A stretch of DNA of 47,368 bases from Bacteriovoracaceae bacterium (lineage in GTDB: Bacteria > Bdellovibrionota > Bacteriovoracia > Bacteriovoracales > Bacteriovoracaceae): NCBI GenBank assembly GCA_018649885.1, contig JABIHA010000068.1, positions 62,001 to 109,368 on the forward strand, written 5' to 3'. The translations under genes and the position numbers were made by a program. Shown in pieces: positions 18,396 to 28,095 of this stretch. The notes under the pieces were generated by a model. It was not told the DNA's origin, made no database searches, and saw nothing but the letters and a program-made list of their open reading frames with translations. Numbering within the stretch: the stretch's first letter is position 1; every line of letters starts with the position of its first letter.

Positions 18396-18953
18396 CTAAA
18401 CTGTTAAAAGCTCATCCTCTTTAAGTTTTACTGTTTCATCTACTCTCTTTATATAGCCATCAGTAAAATCTTGAATTTCTTTTTGGAGTTTTTTTGAATC
18501 ATCCTCAGAGATCGACTTACCTTTTTCAGCTTTTTTTACTTTTTCGTTTTGATCTCTTCTAAGATTTCTAATTTGAACTTTTGTATCTTCGCCCATTTTT
18601 TTCACATGCTTAACAAGATCTTTTCTCTTTTCTTCTGTCAAAGCTGGAAAGGGTATTCTTATAAGATTCCCATCATTAGAAGGAGTCAAACCAAGGTTTG
18701 CCCCCAGGATAGCTTTTTCAATTTCTGAGATTAAATTTTTATCAAAAGGCTGTATTTGTAAAAGTCTTGCTTCTGGAGTGCTTATTTGTCCAACTTGCTT
18801 AACTGGAGTTGGATTTCCATAGTAATCCACACTTACACCATCAAGGACATTTGCAGATGCTCTTCCAGTTCTAACTTTGGTGAGTTGTTGCCTAAGTCCA
18901 TTAATTGCACTATCGCTTGAATCATCCATTTCAGATTTAATTTCATCAATCAT
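18396..18953 (-). CDS. frr: Ribosome recycling factor
   Basis: VRTGRAS, VDYYG, LTEEKRKDL. Confidence 0.97.
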   Translation of the reverse strand: MIDEIKSEMDDSSDSAINGLRQQLTKVRTGRASANVLDGVSVDYYGNPTPVKQVGQISTPEARLLQIQPFDKNLISEIEKAILGANLGLTPSNDGNLIRIPFPALTEEKRKDLVKHVKKMGEDTKVQIRNLRRDQNEKVKKAEKGKSISEDDSKKLQKEIQDFTDGYIKRVDETVKLKEDELLTV

Positions 18954-18960
18954 ATCTACC

Positions 18961-19674
18961 TCATTTTTTTTTGGTAACTAGTGTGCCTATTTTTTCGCCT
19001 GAAGTGACTTTTAAAATATTTCCATTTGTATTTAAATCAAAAACAATTATATCAATTTCATTATCCATACACAGTGTAACTGCCGTGGAGTCCATTACCT
19101 TTATGCCTTTATTTAATACTTCTATATAATTTAGCTCATCAAATTTTATGGCACCACTATTTGTCATGGGATCTTTATCGTAGATTCCATCTACTTTAGT
19201 GGCCTTCAAGATAACGTCAGCATCTATTTCATTTGCCCTGAGAGCTGCTGCAGTATCTGTGGTAAAGTAAGGATTACCAGTCCCTGCTGCAAAAATGACC
19301 ACTCTTCCTTTTTCAAGGTGTCTCATGGCCCTTCTTCTAATGTACGGTTCAGCGATTTCAGCCATTTCGATAGCTGACATAACTCTTGTAAAAACGCCTT
19401 TTCTTTCAAGTGCATCTTGCAACGCAAGTGAGTTAATCACTGTGGCCAGCATGCCCATATGATCAGATGTTGTCCTATCCATCCCTCTTGTTGCACCTGC
19501 AACACCTCTGTGAATGTTGCCGCCACCAATGACGATGCCAACTTCCACACCTTTTTCCTGAATTTCTTGAACTTGAGCTGCTAGACTTTCAAGGATGGTT
19601 CCGCATACTCCACCACCTAAATCACCTGCCAAGGCTTCGCCTGACAGCTTTAATAGTATTCTCTTATATTTCAT
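18961..19674 (-). CDS. pyrH: UMP kinase
   Basis: [27 protein letters not shown]. Confidence 0.98.
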   Translation of the reverse strand: MKYKRILLKLSGEALAGDLGGGVCGTILESLAAQVQEIQEKGVEVGIVIGGGNIHRGVAGATRGMDRTTSDHMGMLATVINSLALQDALERKGVFTRVMSAIEMAEIAEPYIRRRAMRHLEKGRVVIFAAGTGNPYFTTDTAAALRANEIDADVILKATKVDGIYDKDPMTNSGAIKFDELNYIEVLNKGIKVMDSTAVTLCMDNEIDIIVFDLNTNGNILKVTSGEKIGTLVTKKK

Positions 19675-19689
19675 TCACCAGCCTTGTTC

Positions 19690-19716
19690 AAAAAAAAGGG
19701 GACCTTCTGGTCCCCT
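19690..19716 (-). terminator. Rho-independent terminator after rpsB-tsf
   Basis: AGGGGACC-AGAA-GGTCCCCT followed by a T run on the minus strand. Confidence 0.9.
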
Positions 19717-19728
19717 ATTGGTCATAAT

Positions 19729-20376
19729 TTAAGATTTTGTCATCTTGGCAACTTCTGTTGCTAGATCATCTTCCCGTTTCTCAATACCCTCACCGAGGTT
19801 GTATTTAACAAAACGTCTGATGCTAATTTTTTCACCAATTTTTAAAGTTAGCTCATTTAAAAGCTGCTCGATAGTCTGGTCAGGATCTTTAACAAATGGC
19901 TGCTCTAAAAGACAAACTTCTCTAGAAAGTTTTGCTAATTTTCCTTGTACGATTTTTGGAATCATTTTTTCAGGCTTACCTTGTTCAATTAACTGAGCAG
20001 TATAAATTTCAGCTTCTCTATTTTTAAAGCCTTCATCCATATCATCAGATCTAATGAATTTTGGGTCTGAAGCAGCAATGTGCATACAAATATCTTTTAC
20101 AAATTGCTTAAAATCTTCGTTTTTAGCAACGAAGTCTGTTTCGCAATTAATTTCACACATAACGCCAATTCTACCACTATGAACATAGGTCCCAACGATT
20201 CCTTCAGCAGCAACACGACTTTGTTTTTTAGCAACAGCTGCTAGACCTTTTTTTCTTAAAAAATCTACCGCTTTTTCAAAGTCACCACTAGTTTCGCCAA
20301 GTGCTTTCTTGCAATCCATCATTCCAGCACCAGTTTGCTCTCTCAATTTTTTAACATCAGCTGCAGTAATACTCAT
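19729..20376 (-). CDS. tsf: Elongation factor Ts (short form)
   Basis: [26 protein letters not shown]. Confidence 0.98.
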   Translation of the reverse strand: MSITAADVKKLREQTGAGMMDCKKALGETSGDFEKAVDFLRKKGLAAVAKKQSRVAAEGIVGTYVHSGRIGVMCEINCETDFVAKNEDFKQFVKDICMHIAASDPKFIRSDDMDEGFKNREAEIYTAQLIEQGKPEKMIPKIVQGKLAKLSREVCLLEQPFVKDPDQTIEQLLNELTLKIGEKISIRRFVKYNLGEGIEKREDDLATEVAKMTKS

Positions 20377-20420
20377 ATCTATTTCCTCATATCAGTCGTT
20401 CGTAAGTTAAATATCAAAAA

Positions 20421-21206
20421 CTACTCTTTATCAGCAGCTTTTAAGTCGATATCTTTTTCATATTTTTGGAGGATTTCTGTTTCAAGATTAGAATCTCTTT
20501 TTGGAGCATCTTTATCTCCTCTAGTATTTTTAGATCCAGCACTTACAGAGCTCGCAAAATAGTCAGCAAATAACCCAATAGACTTAATCGCATCATCATT
20601 GCCAGGAACAACATAATCAATTCCAGTTGGATCACAATTTGTGTCAGTGATAGCTACAACAGGAATTCCAAGTTTTTTAGCCTCTAAAATAGCTGTTTTT
20701 TCAATGTTAGGATCAACGATAACAACTGCTCCAGGAACTTTTCTCATATCTTTGATTCCGCCAAGATCTCTCTCAAGCTTAATCACATCTTTATCAATTT
20801 TAGATTGCTCTTTTTTGGTCAATAAATTGAAGTCGCCATTTTCTTTCATTTTTTCAACTTTTCTAATTTTATCAATTGAAAGAGTAATGGTTTTAAAATT
20901 TGTTAGCATTCCACCTAGCCATCTGTGAGTTACGTGAAAAGCGCCACAGCTTTCGGCAGCTTTTTTTATAATTTCTGATGCTTGCCTCTTAGTGGCTACA
21001 AACAAAATGGGTTTTCCTTGTGAAGCCGTTCTTTTAAGAAAGTCATGTGCTTTTCTTGCAAGTGGAAGTGTCTGGCCTAAATCCAATACGTAAATCCCAT
21101 TTCTCTCGCCAAATATGTACTTTTTCATTTTTGGGTTCCATCTGTGGGTTTGATGTCCAAAGTGAACACCTGCTTCAAGCATGTCTTTCATGTTTAAATC
21201 ACTCAT
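20421..21206 (-). CDS. rpsB: 30S ribosomal protein S2
   Basis: EAGVHFGH, RWLGGMLTNF, DTNCDP, PGNDD. Confidence 0.98.
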   Translation of the reverse strand: MSDLNMKDMLEAGVHFGHQTHRWNPKMKKYIFGERNGIYVLDLGQTLPLARKAHDFLKRTASQGKPILFVATKRQASEIIKKAAESCGAFHVTHRWLGGMLTNFKTITLSIDKIRKVEKMKENGDFNLLTKKEQSKIDKDVIKLERDLGGIKDMRKVPGAVVIVDPNIEKTAILEAKKLGIPVVAITDTNCDPTGIDYVVPGNDDAIKSIGLFADYFASSVSAGSKNTRGDKDAPKRDSNLETEILQKYEKDIDLKAADKE

Positions 21207-21320
21207 TTCTAATACTCCTAGTGATGGTTAGTCGAATCACCCTATCTATAGTTACCTACAGACCACCAATTATCAGGGTGAATGAACGTTAGTTTCCCCG
21301 GTGATGGGGGATATCCAAAT
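21207..21320 (-). promoter_or_regulatory. Structured rpsB leader, possible S2 autoregulatory element
   Basis: Minus-strand helices TCACCCT...AGGGTGA and TCCCC...GGGGA; function inferred from position only. Confidence 0.35.
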
Positions 21321-21430
21321 AAGTGCTAAGGTGTAGCACACAGGGCAGAATTCATCAAGATTTTAGTCATTTCGGTAGTGGTATCACGGCCTGGAATTGG
21401 TTATCTGACGCACATCAAATTAAGAACAAT

Positions 21431-23656
21431 TTAGATTGAACCCATAAGTACTTGTCTGGGTTTTGAACCTTGCTGTGGCCCAACAACTCCCTTACTTTCC
21501 ATAAGCTCAATGAGGTTGGCCGCCCGATTATATCCAATTCGAAGTCTTCTTTGAAGCATCGAAGCACTTGCTGTTCTGTACTCGCACACAATTTTCACAG
21601 CATCTTTGTATAGCGGGTCCACGGCGGCACCATCCATATCTCGGTCTATGCCTCCACCGGGTCCGGCTTCTAGCTCTCCACCATTTTCAATAAATTCCAT
21701 AGCATCCTGGTAATAATCCTGGGGAAGACTTATAAGCTTGGCCACAAGAGTTTCAATTTCATTTTCATCAACATAGGCAGAGTGGACTCTTTTCATCTCA
21801 ATACCATGCTTATAAAGCATGTCGCCCCTACCTAGCAGCTTTTCTGCTCCCATGGAATTTAAGATAGTCCTGGAATCAATTGACGCAGTCACCCTAAAAC
21901 TGACCCTAGTAGGAAAATTGGCCTTAATTAACCCCGTTATGACATCAACAGAAGGTCTTTGAGTGGCAATTATTAAATGGATACCACAAGCTCGAGCCTT
22001 TGCAGCAAGGCGGCATATATTTGTTTCAATGTCTTTTCCTTTCTTGGTTAGGACTAAATCTGCAAACTCATCCACAATGATCACAATGAAAGGGAGCTCT
22101 AAAGCGTTGCCTCTACCTTCATAAAGGTGCTTCACTTTCGCTATCACTTCTTCGTCGACCTCTTTAATTTTTTCATTATAACGTTCGAGGCTTCTCACTC
22201 CCAATTCTTTTAAAAGCGTATACCTTCTCTCCATTTCTTCAATGGCCCACAGTAGTGATAAAGAGGCCATGGAAGCTTCAGTAATGACTGGCAAAATAAG
22301 GTGAGGCAAGTCCGCATAGAGCGCAAGCTCAAGTTGTTTAGGATCAATAAGAATAAGTCTCAATTTATCTGGAGAATTTCTAACTAATAAAGAAACTAAC
22401 AAGGTATTGATAAAGACAGATTTACCAGCGCCAGTGGCACCTGCAACAAGCATGTGTGGCATGGCAGGGAGATCAATAACAAAGGGATCCCCAAAAGCAT
22501 CTTTTCCCATGGCAATAGGTAGCTTTAAATCACTACCTGTAAACTCTTCAACATCTAAAACTTCGTCTAGATAAATTATTTCCCTTGGGCTTCTCGGAAT
22601 CTCGATCCCAATAGTGTGCTTTCCCTTCATAGGGTAAACCATCCTAATGGGAGTTCCTTTTAAGGCGAGTGAAAGATCTTCAGTAATCCTTGTAACCTTT
22701 GATACTTTTACACCTGCACCCAACTCAAGCTCAAAGGTATCAACAACAGGACCCTTTAAGATATTGATGATATTGCCTTCAATTCGAAAATCGGAGAGCT
22801 TGTCTTCAATCCTTTCAATAATTTCTTCAAAATATTTATTACTGGGACCAGAACTCTTACTGGTATGATCTTTTCTGCCAACACAGGCAATAAGATCACT
22901 TGGCTCAAATACTGGCGATGTGTTTTGGCTAGCAGTTTTTTTAGGTTTTAAAACAGTGTTTGTTTTTGGTTTCTCTTCTGGTTCAATTTTCGTGGTATCG
23001 AGATTTAAATTCGTACCAACATCTTTTTTTATTTCTTTTTTATCACGCTTTAATTTATCCCCAACAATATTTTGAAGTTTGGCGAATTTTTCACTTGGCT
23101 TTTCAATAGATATTTTCTTGTTAATCCCATTGCCTATATTTTCTCTGTAATGGTTCCAAGTGCCCCGAATTTTTTGCAAAGAACCTTGCAGTAGTACCAA
23201 AGTATCTTTCAGAGAAGACCTTAAGCCGAGAGCAAAACTAACTAGCGCTGAGATTATTAAAATAAAAACCAATCCCAAAGTAGAGACGTGTTTTGATAGG
23301 ATTAATTGTAATCCCTCGCCTAAAAAGCCAGGAAAGAAAATCATAAATGCTGAAATAAATAATGTGCTTAAGGAAAAAACTACAAGAAAATCAAACCGAG
23401 ACTCTTTTCTCGAAAATAAAAATGAATACAAAACTACAAGAGTTGCTAGAAGAGAAACCAACCAAGGTCCAGTGTATTGGCCAACAATCGCAAGTATAGA
23501 GGTCAAGTAGTAAGCAATAAAACCAGGATCAGAGTTTGCTGAATTTATTGTGTACAAATGATCTGGTAAGTTTTCGCTATAAAAAAAATAAATGAAACTT
23601 GTAATCGTGAGAAAGGAAAGGCTTATAAGTTGAAATCTAATGATTTTTAGCTGCAT
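21431..23656 (-). CDS. ftsK: DNA translocase FtsK
   Basis: N-terminal TMs, GATGAGKS Walker A, IVDEFAD, ATQRPS, gamma domain LQRRLRIGYNRAA. Confidence 0.97.
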   Translation of the reverse strand: MQLKIIRFQLISLSFLTITSFIYFFYSENLPDHLYTINSANSDPGFIAYYLTSILAIVGQYTGPWLVSLLATLVVLYSFLFSRKESRFDFLVVFSLSTLFISAFMIFFPGFLGEGLQLILSKHVSTLGLVFILIISALVSFALGLRSSLKDTLVLLQGSLQKIRGTWNHYRENIGNGINKKISIEKPSEKFAKLQNIVGDKLKRDKKEIKKDVGTNLNLDTTKIEPEEKPKTNTVLKPKKTASQNTSPVFEPSDLIACVGRKDHTSKSSGPSNKYFEEIIERIEDKLSDFRIEGNIINILKGPVVDTFELELGAGVKVSKVTRITEDLSLALKGTPIRMVYPMKGKHTIGIEIPRSPREIIYLDEVLDVEEFTGSDLKLPIAMGKDAFGDPFVIDLPAMPHMLVAGATGAGKSVFINTLLVSLLVRNSPDKLRLILIDPKQLELALYADLPHLILPVITEASMASLSLLWAIEEMERRYTLLKELGVRSLERYNEKIKEVDEEVIAKVKHLYEGRGNALELPFIVIIVDEFADLVLTKKGKDIETNICRLAAKARACGIHLIIATQRPSVDVITGLIKANFPTRVSFRVTASIDSRTILNSMGAEKLLGRGDMLYKHGIEMKRVHSAYVDENEIETLVAKLISLPQDYYQDAMEFIENGGELEAGPGGGIDRDMDGAAVDPLYKDAVKIVCEYRTASASMLQRRLRIGYNRAANLIELMESKGVVGPQQGSKPRQVLMGSI

Positions 23657-23709
23657 ACCTATATTCTAATCTTTTAGATTTCCAGAGGCAACCAGTATAA
23701 ATTAAAAAA

Positions 23710-24708
23710 TCAAGCTACTTTTTGAGTGGTATTTTGAAATTTTGGTAAAATAATAACAAATTTGGTATTAGGGCTGTCACAATCAATGAAAAACTCTCCC
23801 CCATGATGATCAATTATAGTTTTTGAAATACTCATTCCAAGCCCAGTTCCTTCTCCAACACTTTTAGTTGTAAAGAATGGCTCAAATATTTTCGCACTGA
23901 CATCTTCGGTTATTCCGCTGCCACTGTCTGTTACGGAAATATGAATGAACCCAGATTTATCGATAATCTCCAGCTTAACCCACTTATTATCTATTTCCTC
24001 AAGTGCATCAATTGAGTTAGTAATTAAATTTGTTAAAACTTGCCCCAAAAGTACTTGTTTGCATTCAACAATATGCTCTTCTTCCAAACCAATAATTTGG
24101 AAACTAATCGTTTTCAAGTGAAGGCGACTCATTACCAGACTGTGAACATCAGAAATAATTGTCTCCAGCTGAACTTTTTCAAATGGATCCATAGAGCCAT
24201 CACGAGAAAGTGATTTTAACCCCCTAACGATTCTTGATATTCTATGAACAGACCCAATGCACTTATCGATTCTCTCTAGCGCCTTATCCTTTGAGAAGTC
24301 TCCATTCACTATTGCCTTTCTAATTTGCATTAGAAATCCCTTAATGATGGCCAAGGGATTATTAATTTCATGCCCCACTCCAGCGGCTAGCTCACCAACG
24401 CTTGCAAGCCTTGCAGAGTTCTCGCTCCTTTGCTTTTGCAAAATAATTTCTTGATTGGCCTTTTCAATATTCCTTTTTTGATGCCTAAGCCTTACGAATA
24501 AAAACCCAATACAAGCAAATATAGAAGGAAGACCAAAAGCTGCAAATATAAGAACTCTCTGACTCTTTACCACCCATAATATACTTTCTGAATTAAAGGG
24601 AAGTTCAAGCTCATTTATATCAAGTGCAACAAAAATAAAGGGAATGAACACCCCAATAAGAGTCCAAATAAATACAGGAAACAGAAGTTCGTTTGCTATC
24701 TTCTTCAA
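23710..24708 (-). CDS. Two-TM sensor histidine kinase (NtrB-like)
   Basis: HEINNPL H-box, NSIDA, DSGSG, FFTTK, GTGLG. Confidence 0.93.
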   Translation of the reverse strand: MKKIANELLFPVFIWTLIGVFIPFIFVALDINELELPFNSESILWVVKSQRVLIFAAFGLPSIFACIGFLFVRLRHQKRNIEKANQEIILQKQRSENSARLASVGELAAGVGHEINNPLAIIKGFLMQIRKAIVNGDFSKDKALERIDKCIGSVHRISRIVRGLKSLSRDGSMDPFEKVQLETIISDVHSLVMSRLHLKTISFQIIGLEEEHIVECKQVLLGQVLTNLITNSIDALEEIDNKWVKLEIIDKSGFIHISVTDSGSGITEDVSAKIFEPFFTTKSVGEGTGLGMSISKTIIDHHGGEFFIDCDSPNTKFVIILPKFQNTTQKVA

Positions 24709-24739
24709 AATACCTCTCGGCCACTAAATTTCAGTAGAA

Positions 24740-24767
24740 TTATCGGATAAGTTTCGACCAATATTTA
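24740..24767 (-). promoter_or_regulatory. Putative sigma28-type promoter
   Basis: TAAA-N16-TCCGATAA upstream of the kinase. Confidence 0.5.
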
Positions 24768-24780
24768 AAGGAGATTTTAG

Positions 24781-24828
24781 AGAATTTAAGAATTTAAGAA
24801 TTTAAGAATTTAAGGATTTAAGGATTAA
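24781..24828. repeat. Octamer tandem repeat
   Basis: (AGAATTTA)x4, AGGATTTA, AGGATTAA. Confidence 0.95.
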
Positions 24829-26246
24829 AACCTGAGTACAAGCTGCGAGTATATAATATCTTTATTTTGCTCATTGGAAACATACGAAAAGCTTGAAAAA
24901 GTACTCTCTTCATAGGTTTTAAAGTACCCTAGCCGGATTTTTGCTAAGTATTTGTGAATATTGTAATTTAGATAAGCGTGATAGCCCTTACCTAAAGTTG
25001 TGTAAAATGATGTGGGATTAGGGGCCCTTAGTGCAGTAGGCATTAAACCGTGATTTTGCTTTAAATATTCAAGACCTAGGTTTATTTTTTCTAAAAATGT
25101 ATAGCGACCACCTATCAGTACCCCAGTAGCTTCCTCATCATTAGAATAAATAAAGCCACCTAAATCAACCTCGGTTCCAACTCCAAACCCAGGAACACTG
25201 GAGTGGTCTTCAACCACAACAGCAGTTAAGCTGCCTCTTTTATCAAACCAGGATTTTTTGAATGTTGAATAAAAATCAAAGTTTGACCCAAAAGGTCTAT
25301 TAAGTTCCATGTGGGCCACAAAAACATTTACTTGCGCTAAATCTCGCGAAGTTGAACCAATTTCATACACATTTCTATCCATAAAATAAGGACTACTTAA
25401 AGCCCCTCTAAAAGTGTCTGTTAATAAACCCCTCGCCTCTACAGACTTCATTCTAGAAAATTTCGCATGAAAACCTTGGAGAAAAAATTTGAAATCCTCA
25501 ATAAAAGGAATTTTATGGGTCCCATACTCTAGAGTTAGAAAATAACCCCCACCCATTTCGGTAGCGTTATTTCGAAAAATTCTCTCGTTACCAGAAGAGG
25601 TTGGCGTGTAAAAATATTTAGTATCTTCATTTCCAAAAGGGCTAAAGATACCTCTTAAAACGAGCCTATCACTAAAATTAAATGTCTTATTAATCTTCCA
25701 AGTGATTGCAGCACCATCTAGAGGAACACTGTAGCTTAAAAGAGGGTAAGTACCCAATCTTTCATCACCAGACTGATATTCAGCGGGAGGTCCAAGCTGA
25801 GTTGGAAGCCTGCCCACAGAGATTTTCAACATATTCTTGAAGACAGAGTAGTCAAAATAAGCTTTTTCGACCCAAAGGTACGACCCTTTTAAGGAAGCCT
25901 GACCATCTTCCGTAACAACGCTTGGAATAACAAAGTTGTTATTCCAATTATAACCAGCACCAATAGTTGTATAAATTTGCCATCTTGGAAGAGGGCTTGC
26001 AAAAGATTTAAGTCTAAACTCTGTGATATAGCTTTGTTCAACATTTCGGTAAGGAGCTTGATTTGATCTATCAACTCTCTCCCACTGAACGACATTATCT
26101 AACTGACCACTTAAGTGAATTTTATCTCTTTGAGTATGTATTTCAACATCAAGCAATCGGCTCTCAATGTCGTCTAAGCGCTGACTCTCAGAGGCATGGC
26201 TGACTGAAAAAATAAGTAAAATTTTCGCAATGGCTGGTAACATCAC
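24825..26246 (-). CDS. Outer-membrane beta-barrel/porin, DUF3373-like
   Basis: Signal peptide, short coiled coil (RLDDIESRLLDVE), WVEKAYFDY, SVGRLPT, C-terminal QLVLRF; family name from recall. Confidence 0.65.
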   Translation of the reverse strand: MMLPAIAKILLIFSVSHASESQRLDDIESRLLDVEIHTQRDKIHLSGQLDNVVQWERVDRSNQAPYRNVEQSYITEFRLKSFASPLPRWQIYTTIGAGYNWNNNFVIPSVVTEDGQASLKGSYLWVEKAYFDYSVFKNMLKISVGRLPTQLGPPAEYQSGDERLGTYPLLSYSVPLDGAAITWKINKTFNFSDRLVLRGIFSPFGNEDTKYFYTPTSSGNERIFRNNATEMGGGYFLTLEYGTHKIPFIEDFKFFLQGFHAKFSRMKSVEARGLLTDTFRGALSSPYFMDRNVYEIGSTSRDLAQVNVFVAHMELNRPFGSNFDFYSTFKKSWFDKRGSLTAVVVEDHSSVPGFGVGTEVDLGGFIYSNDEEATGVLIGGRYTFLEKINLGLEYLKQNHGLMPTALRAPNPTSFYTTLGKGYHAYLNYNIHKYLAKIRLGYFKTYEESTFSSFSYVSNEQNKDIIYSQLVLRF

Positions 26247-26555
26247 TTATTCCCCAACAACCGTTCCACGGTTTTCACTCTCTAAATTAGTAAATAGCCC
26301 TACAATTTTTGAACAAGAGCTTTCCTTTTCTTTACACTGCGCCGTTAAGGCTTTTAAAAATTTATCTTCACATGGGTTAGAACCACTGTGCTTAGACTTA
26401 ATTAGTAGTAAAAGAATTTTTTTTGATTTCATTGGTGAAAACTCACCACAGATATCTGTCATTCCCAGCACAAATTGTTGCGGAAACCCTGCGATTGAAT
26501 CAACTGACAGTGTAGAAACCACTATGAATAATAGTAATAACTTTTTTATGTTCAT
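26247..26555 (-). CDS. Small secreted four-Cys protein
   Basis: Signal peptide MNIKKLLLLFIVV...SIA; abuts the porin start. Confidence 0.65.
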   Translation of the reverse strand: MNIKKLLLLFIVVSTLSVDSIAGFPQQFVLGMTDICGEFSPMKSKKILLLLIKSKHSGSNPCEDKFLKALTAQCKEKESSCSKIVGLFTNLESENRGTVVGE

Positions 26556-26684
26556 TTATAATTTCCGTGTATTTAAGACATCATATAACTTTTATTTAGA
26601 TTTACCATCTAAAAATTAACCGATAAAATAAATCAAGTTTAAATTAGCAATGAATAAGCTCTAAAATATATAACTTAAATTAAG

Positions 26685-26711
26685 TAAGTTTTTCTTAATA
26701 AGTTCCGAATT
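26685..26711 (+). promoter_or_regulatory. Putative sigma28-type promoter
   Basis: TAAG-N15-TCCGAATT. Confidence 0.35.
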
Positions 26712-26754
26712 GAGAATACAGATAATTGATTTAAGAGGGTCATTAGTGTTGGAA

Positions 26755-28095
26755 ATGAAAAAACCATCAGTATTAATAGTTGAAGATGAAGAGGATATAA
26801 GAGAGCTGATTATCATCATACTTGAGAGCTACTTTGACCTCGACTTTATTGAAGCTTCAAATTCCCAGGAGGGTATCTCTAGGCTTGAAGGCGGAGTTGA
26901 ACCAACTATAATTTTTTGTGATTACAATATGCCTGGAGGTAATGGCGACCAGGTTTTCAAATTCAATAAAGATCATGCCAATGTTCCCTTCATTTTAATT
27001 TCAACTGACTCTCCAAGTGATCACCATGAACTCGCTGGCTTTTATGAAATAAATAAGGGAAACGAGTATATTGAAAAACCATTCGATTCTGAACGTATAG
27101 TTCAAAATATAGGCCAATTTTTATCAAATGAGCAAGTCGAGAAAATAGAGTTTCAAAGAATCTCTATTAACCGTGTTCAAAAATATAATCGCCAAAATGA
27201 AGCACTATATTTAAGGCTTAGTGAAAATAAATTTGTAAAGATAATAGATAAAGGTAGCCCTCTGTCAGATAGTGAGTTGCAAAAGTATCGTGATAAATCA
27301 GTAGAGTTCTTTTTTCTTGAAAAAGAGGCCCACAAAAGAATGTTGCAAGGCTCACTTAAGAAAATGATTAAAAAAATTGCTGGTGCCAACAACAAAAATG
27401 AATTAATTCAAATACAATTTGAGTCTGTTGTGGAAATTCAAAATGCAGTCAAATCTCTTGGCGTTGATGAAGTCTCAATTGAGCTAGCAGATAAAATCAC
27501 AGAATCAGTGATGAATGAAGTGAGTCAAGTGAGTAAAATTGAAACTCTTGCAAAAGAGTTGAATGCCGATATTAACACCTATAAAAGTTCACTTGCTCAT
27601 ATTATCAATTATCTATCAGCAGGCTTTTGTGAACATTATGACTGCCCAAAAGAAGACACTGTTAAGACGCTCATCAAGGCATCAATTTTTTGCAATATTT
27701 CACTTGATGATGACGGACTTGCTTCATTTTGCCACCTCTCGAAAGATGTTTTAAGTTTACTGGAATTTGAAGACAGAAAGATAGTCAAAGATCATATCAA
27801 AAAATCAGTTAAAATTCTAAATGAGGGAGAAAACCAGATTAAAGACGTTTCAAAAATCATAGAATGTCATCATGAGAAACCAGATGGGAGTGGTCATCCC
27901 AAGGGCCTAAACTCTAGGTCCTTAACGCCAATCCAATGTGCTTTTATTCTAATACACGATTTTGCAGATGTGATAATCAGAGAAAAAAACCCTGATGACA
28001 TAAGCGCTCTTAAAATCTTTGAAAAGCTAGGAGAAAAATACACTATTAACAACTTTGAACAACCTTACCTGGCGTTAAAAAAGGCCCTCGAGTAA
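26755..28095 (+). CDS. Response regulator with degenerate HD-GYP domain
   Basis: Receiver domain VLIVEDE...FCDYNMP...EKPF; C-terminal HHEKPDGSGHPKGL; start taken at MKKPS. Confidence 0.85.
   Translation: MKKPSVLIVEDEEDIRELIIIILESYFDLDFIEASNSQEGISRLEGGVEPTIIFCDYNMPGGNGDQVFKFNKDHANVPFILISTDSPSDHHELAGFYEINKGNEYIEKPFDSERIVQNIGQFLSNEQVEKIEFQRISINRVQKYNRQNEALYLRLSENKFVKIIDKGSPLSDSELQKYRDKSVEFFFLEKEAHKRMLQGSLKKMIKKIAGANNKNELIQIQFESVVEIQNAVKSLGVDEVSIELADKITESVMNEVSQVSKIETLAKELNADINTYKSSLAHIINYLSAGFCEHYDCPKEDTVKTLIKASIFCNISLDDDGLASFCHLSKDVLSLLEFEDRKIVKDHIKKSVKILNEGENQIKDVSKIIECHHEKPDGSGHPKGLNSRSLTPIQCAFILIHDFADVIIREKNPDDISALKIFEKLGEKYTINNFEQPYLALKKALE

Noticed and set aside
19729..20376. Truncated EF-Ts pseudogene
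   Set aside because: Short ~200-aa EF-Ts is a known functional form, and the motifs and C-terminus are intact.
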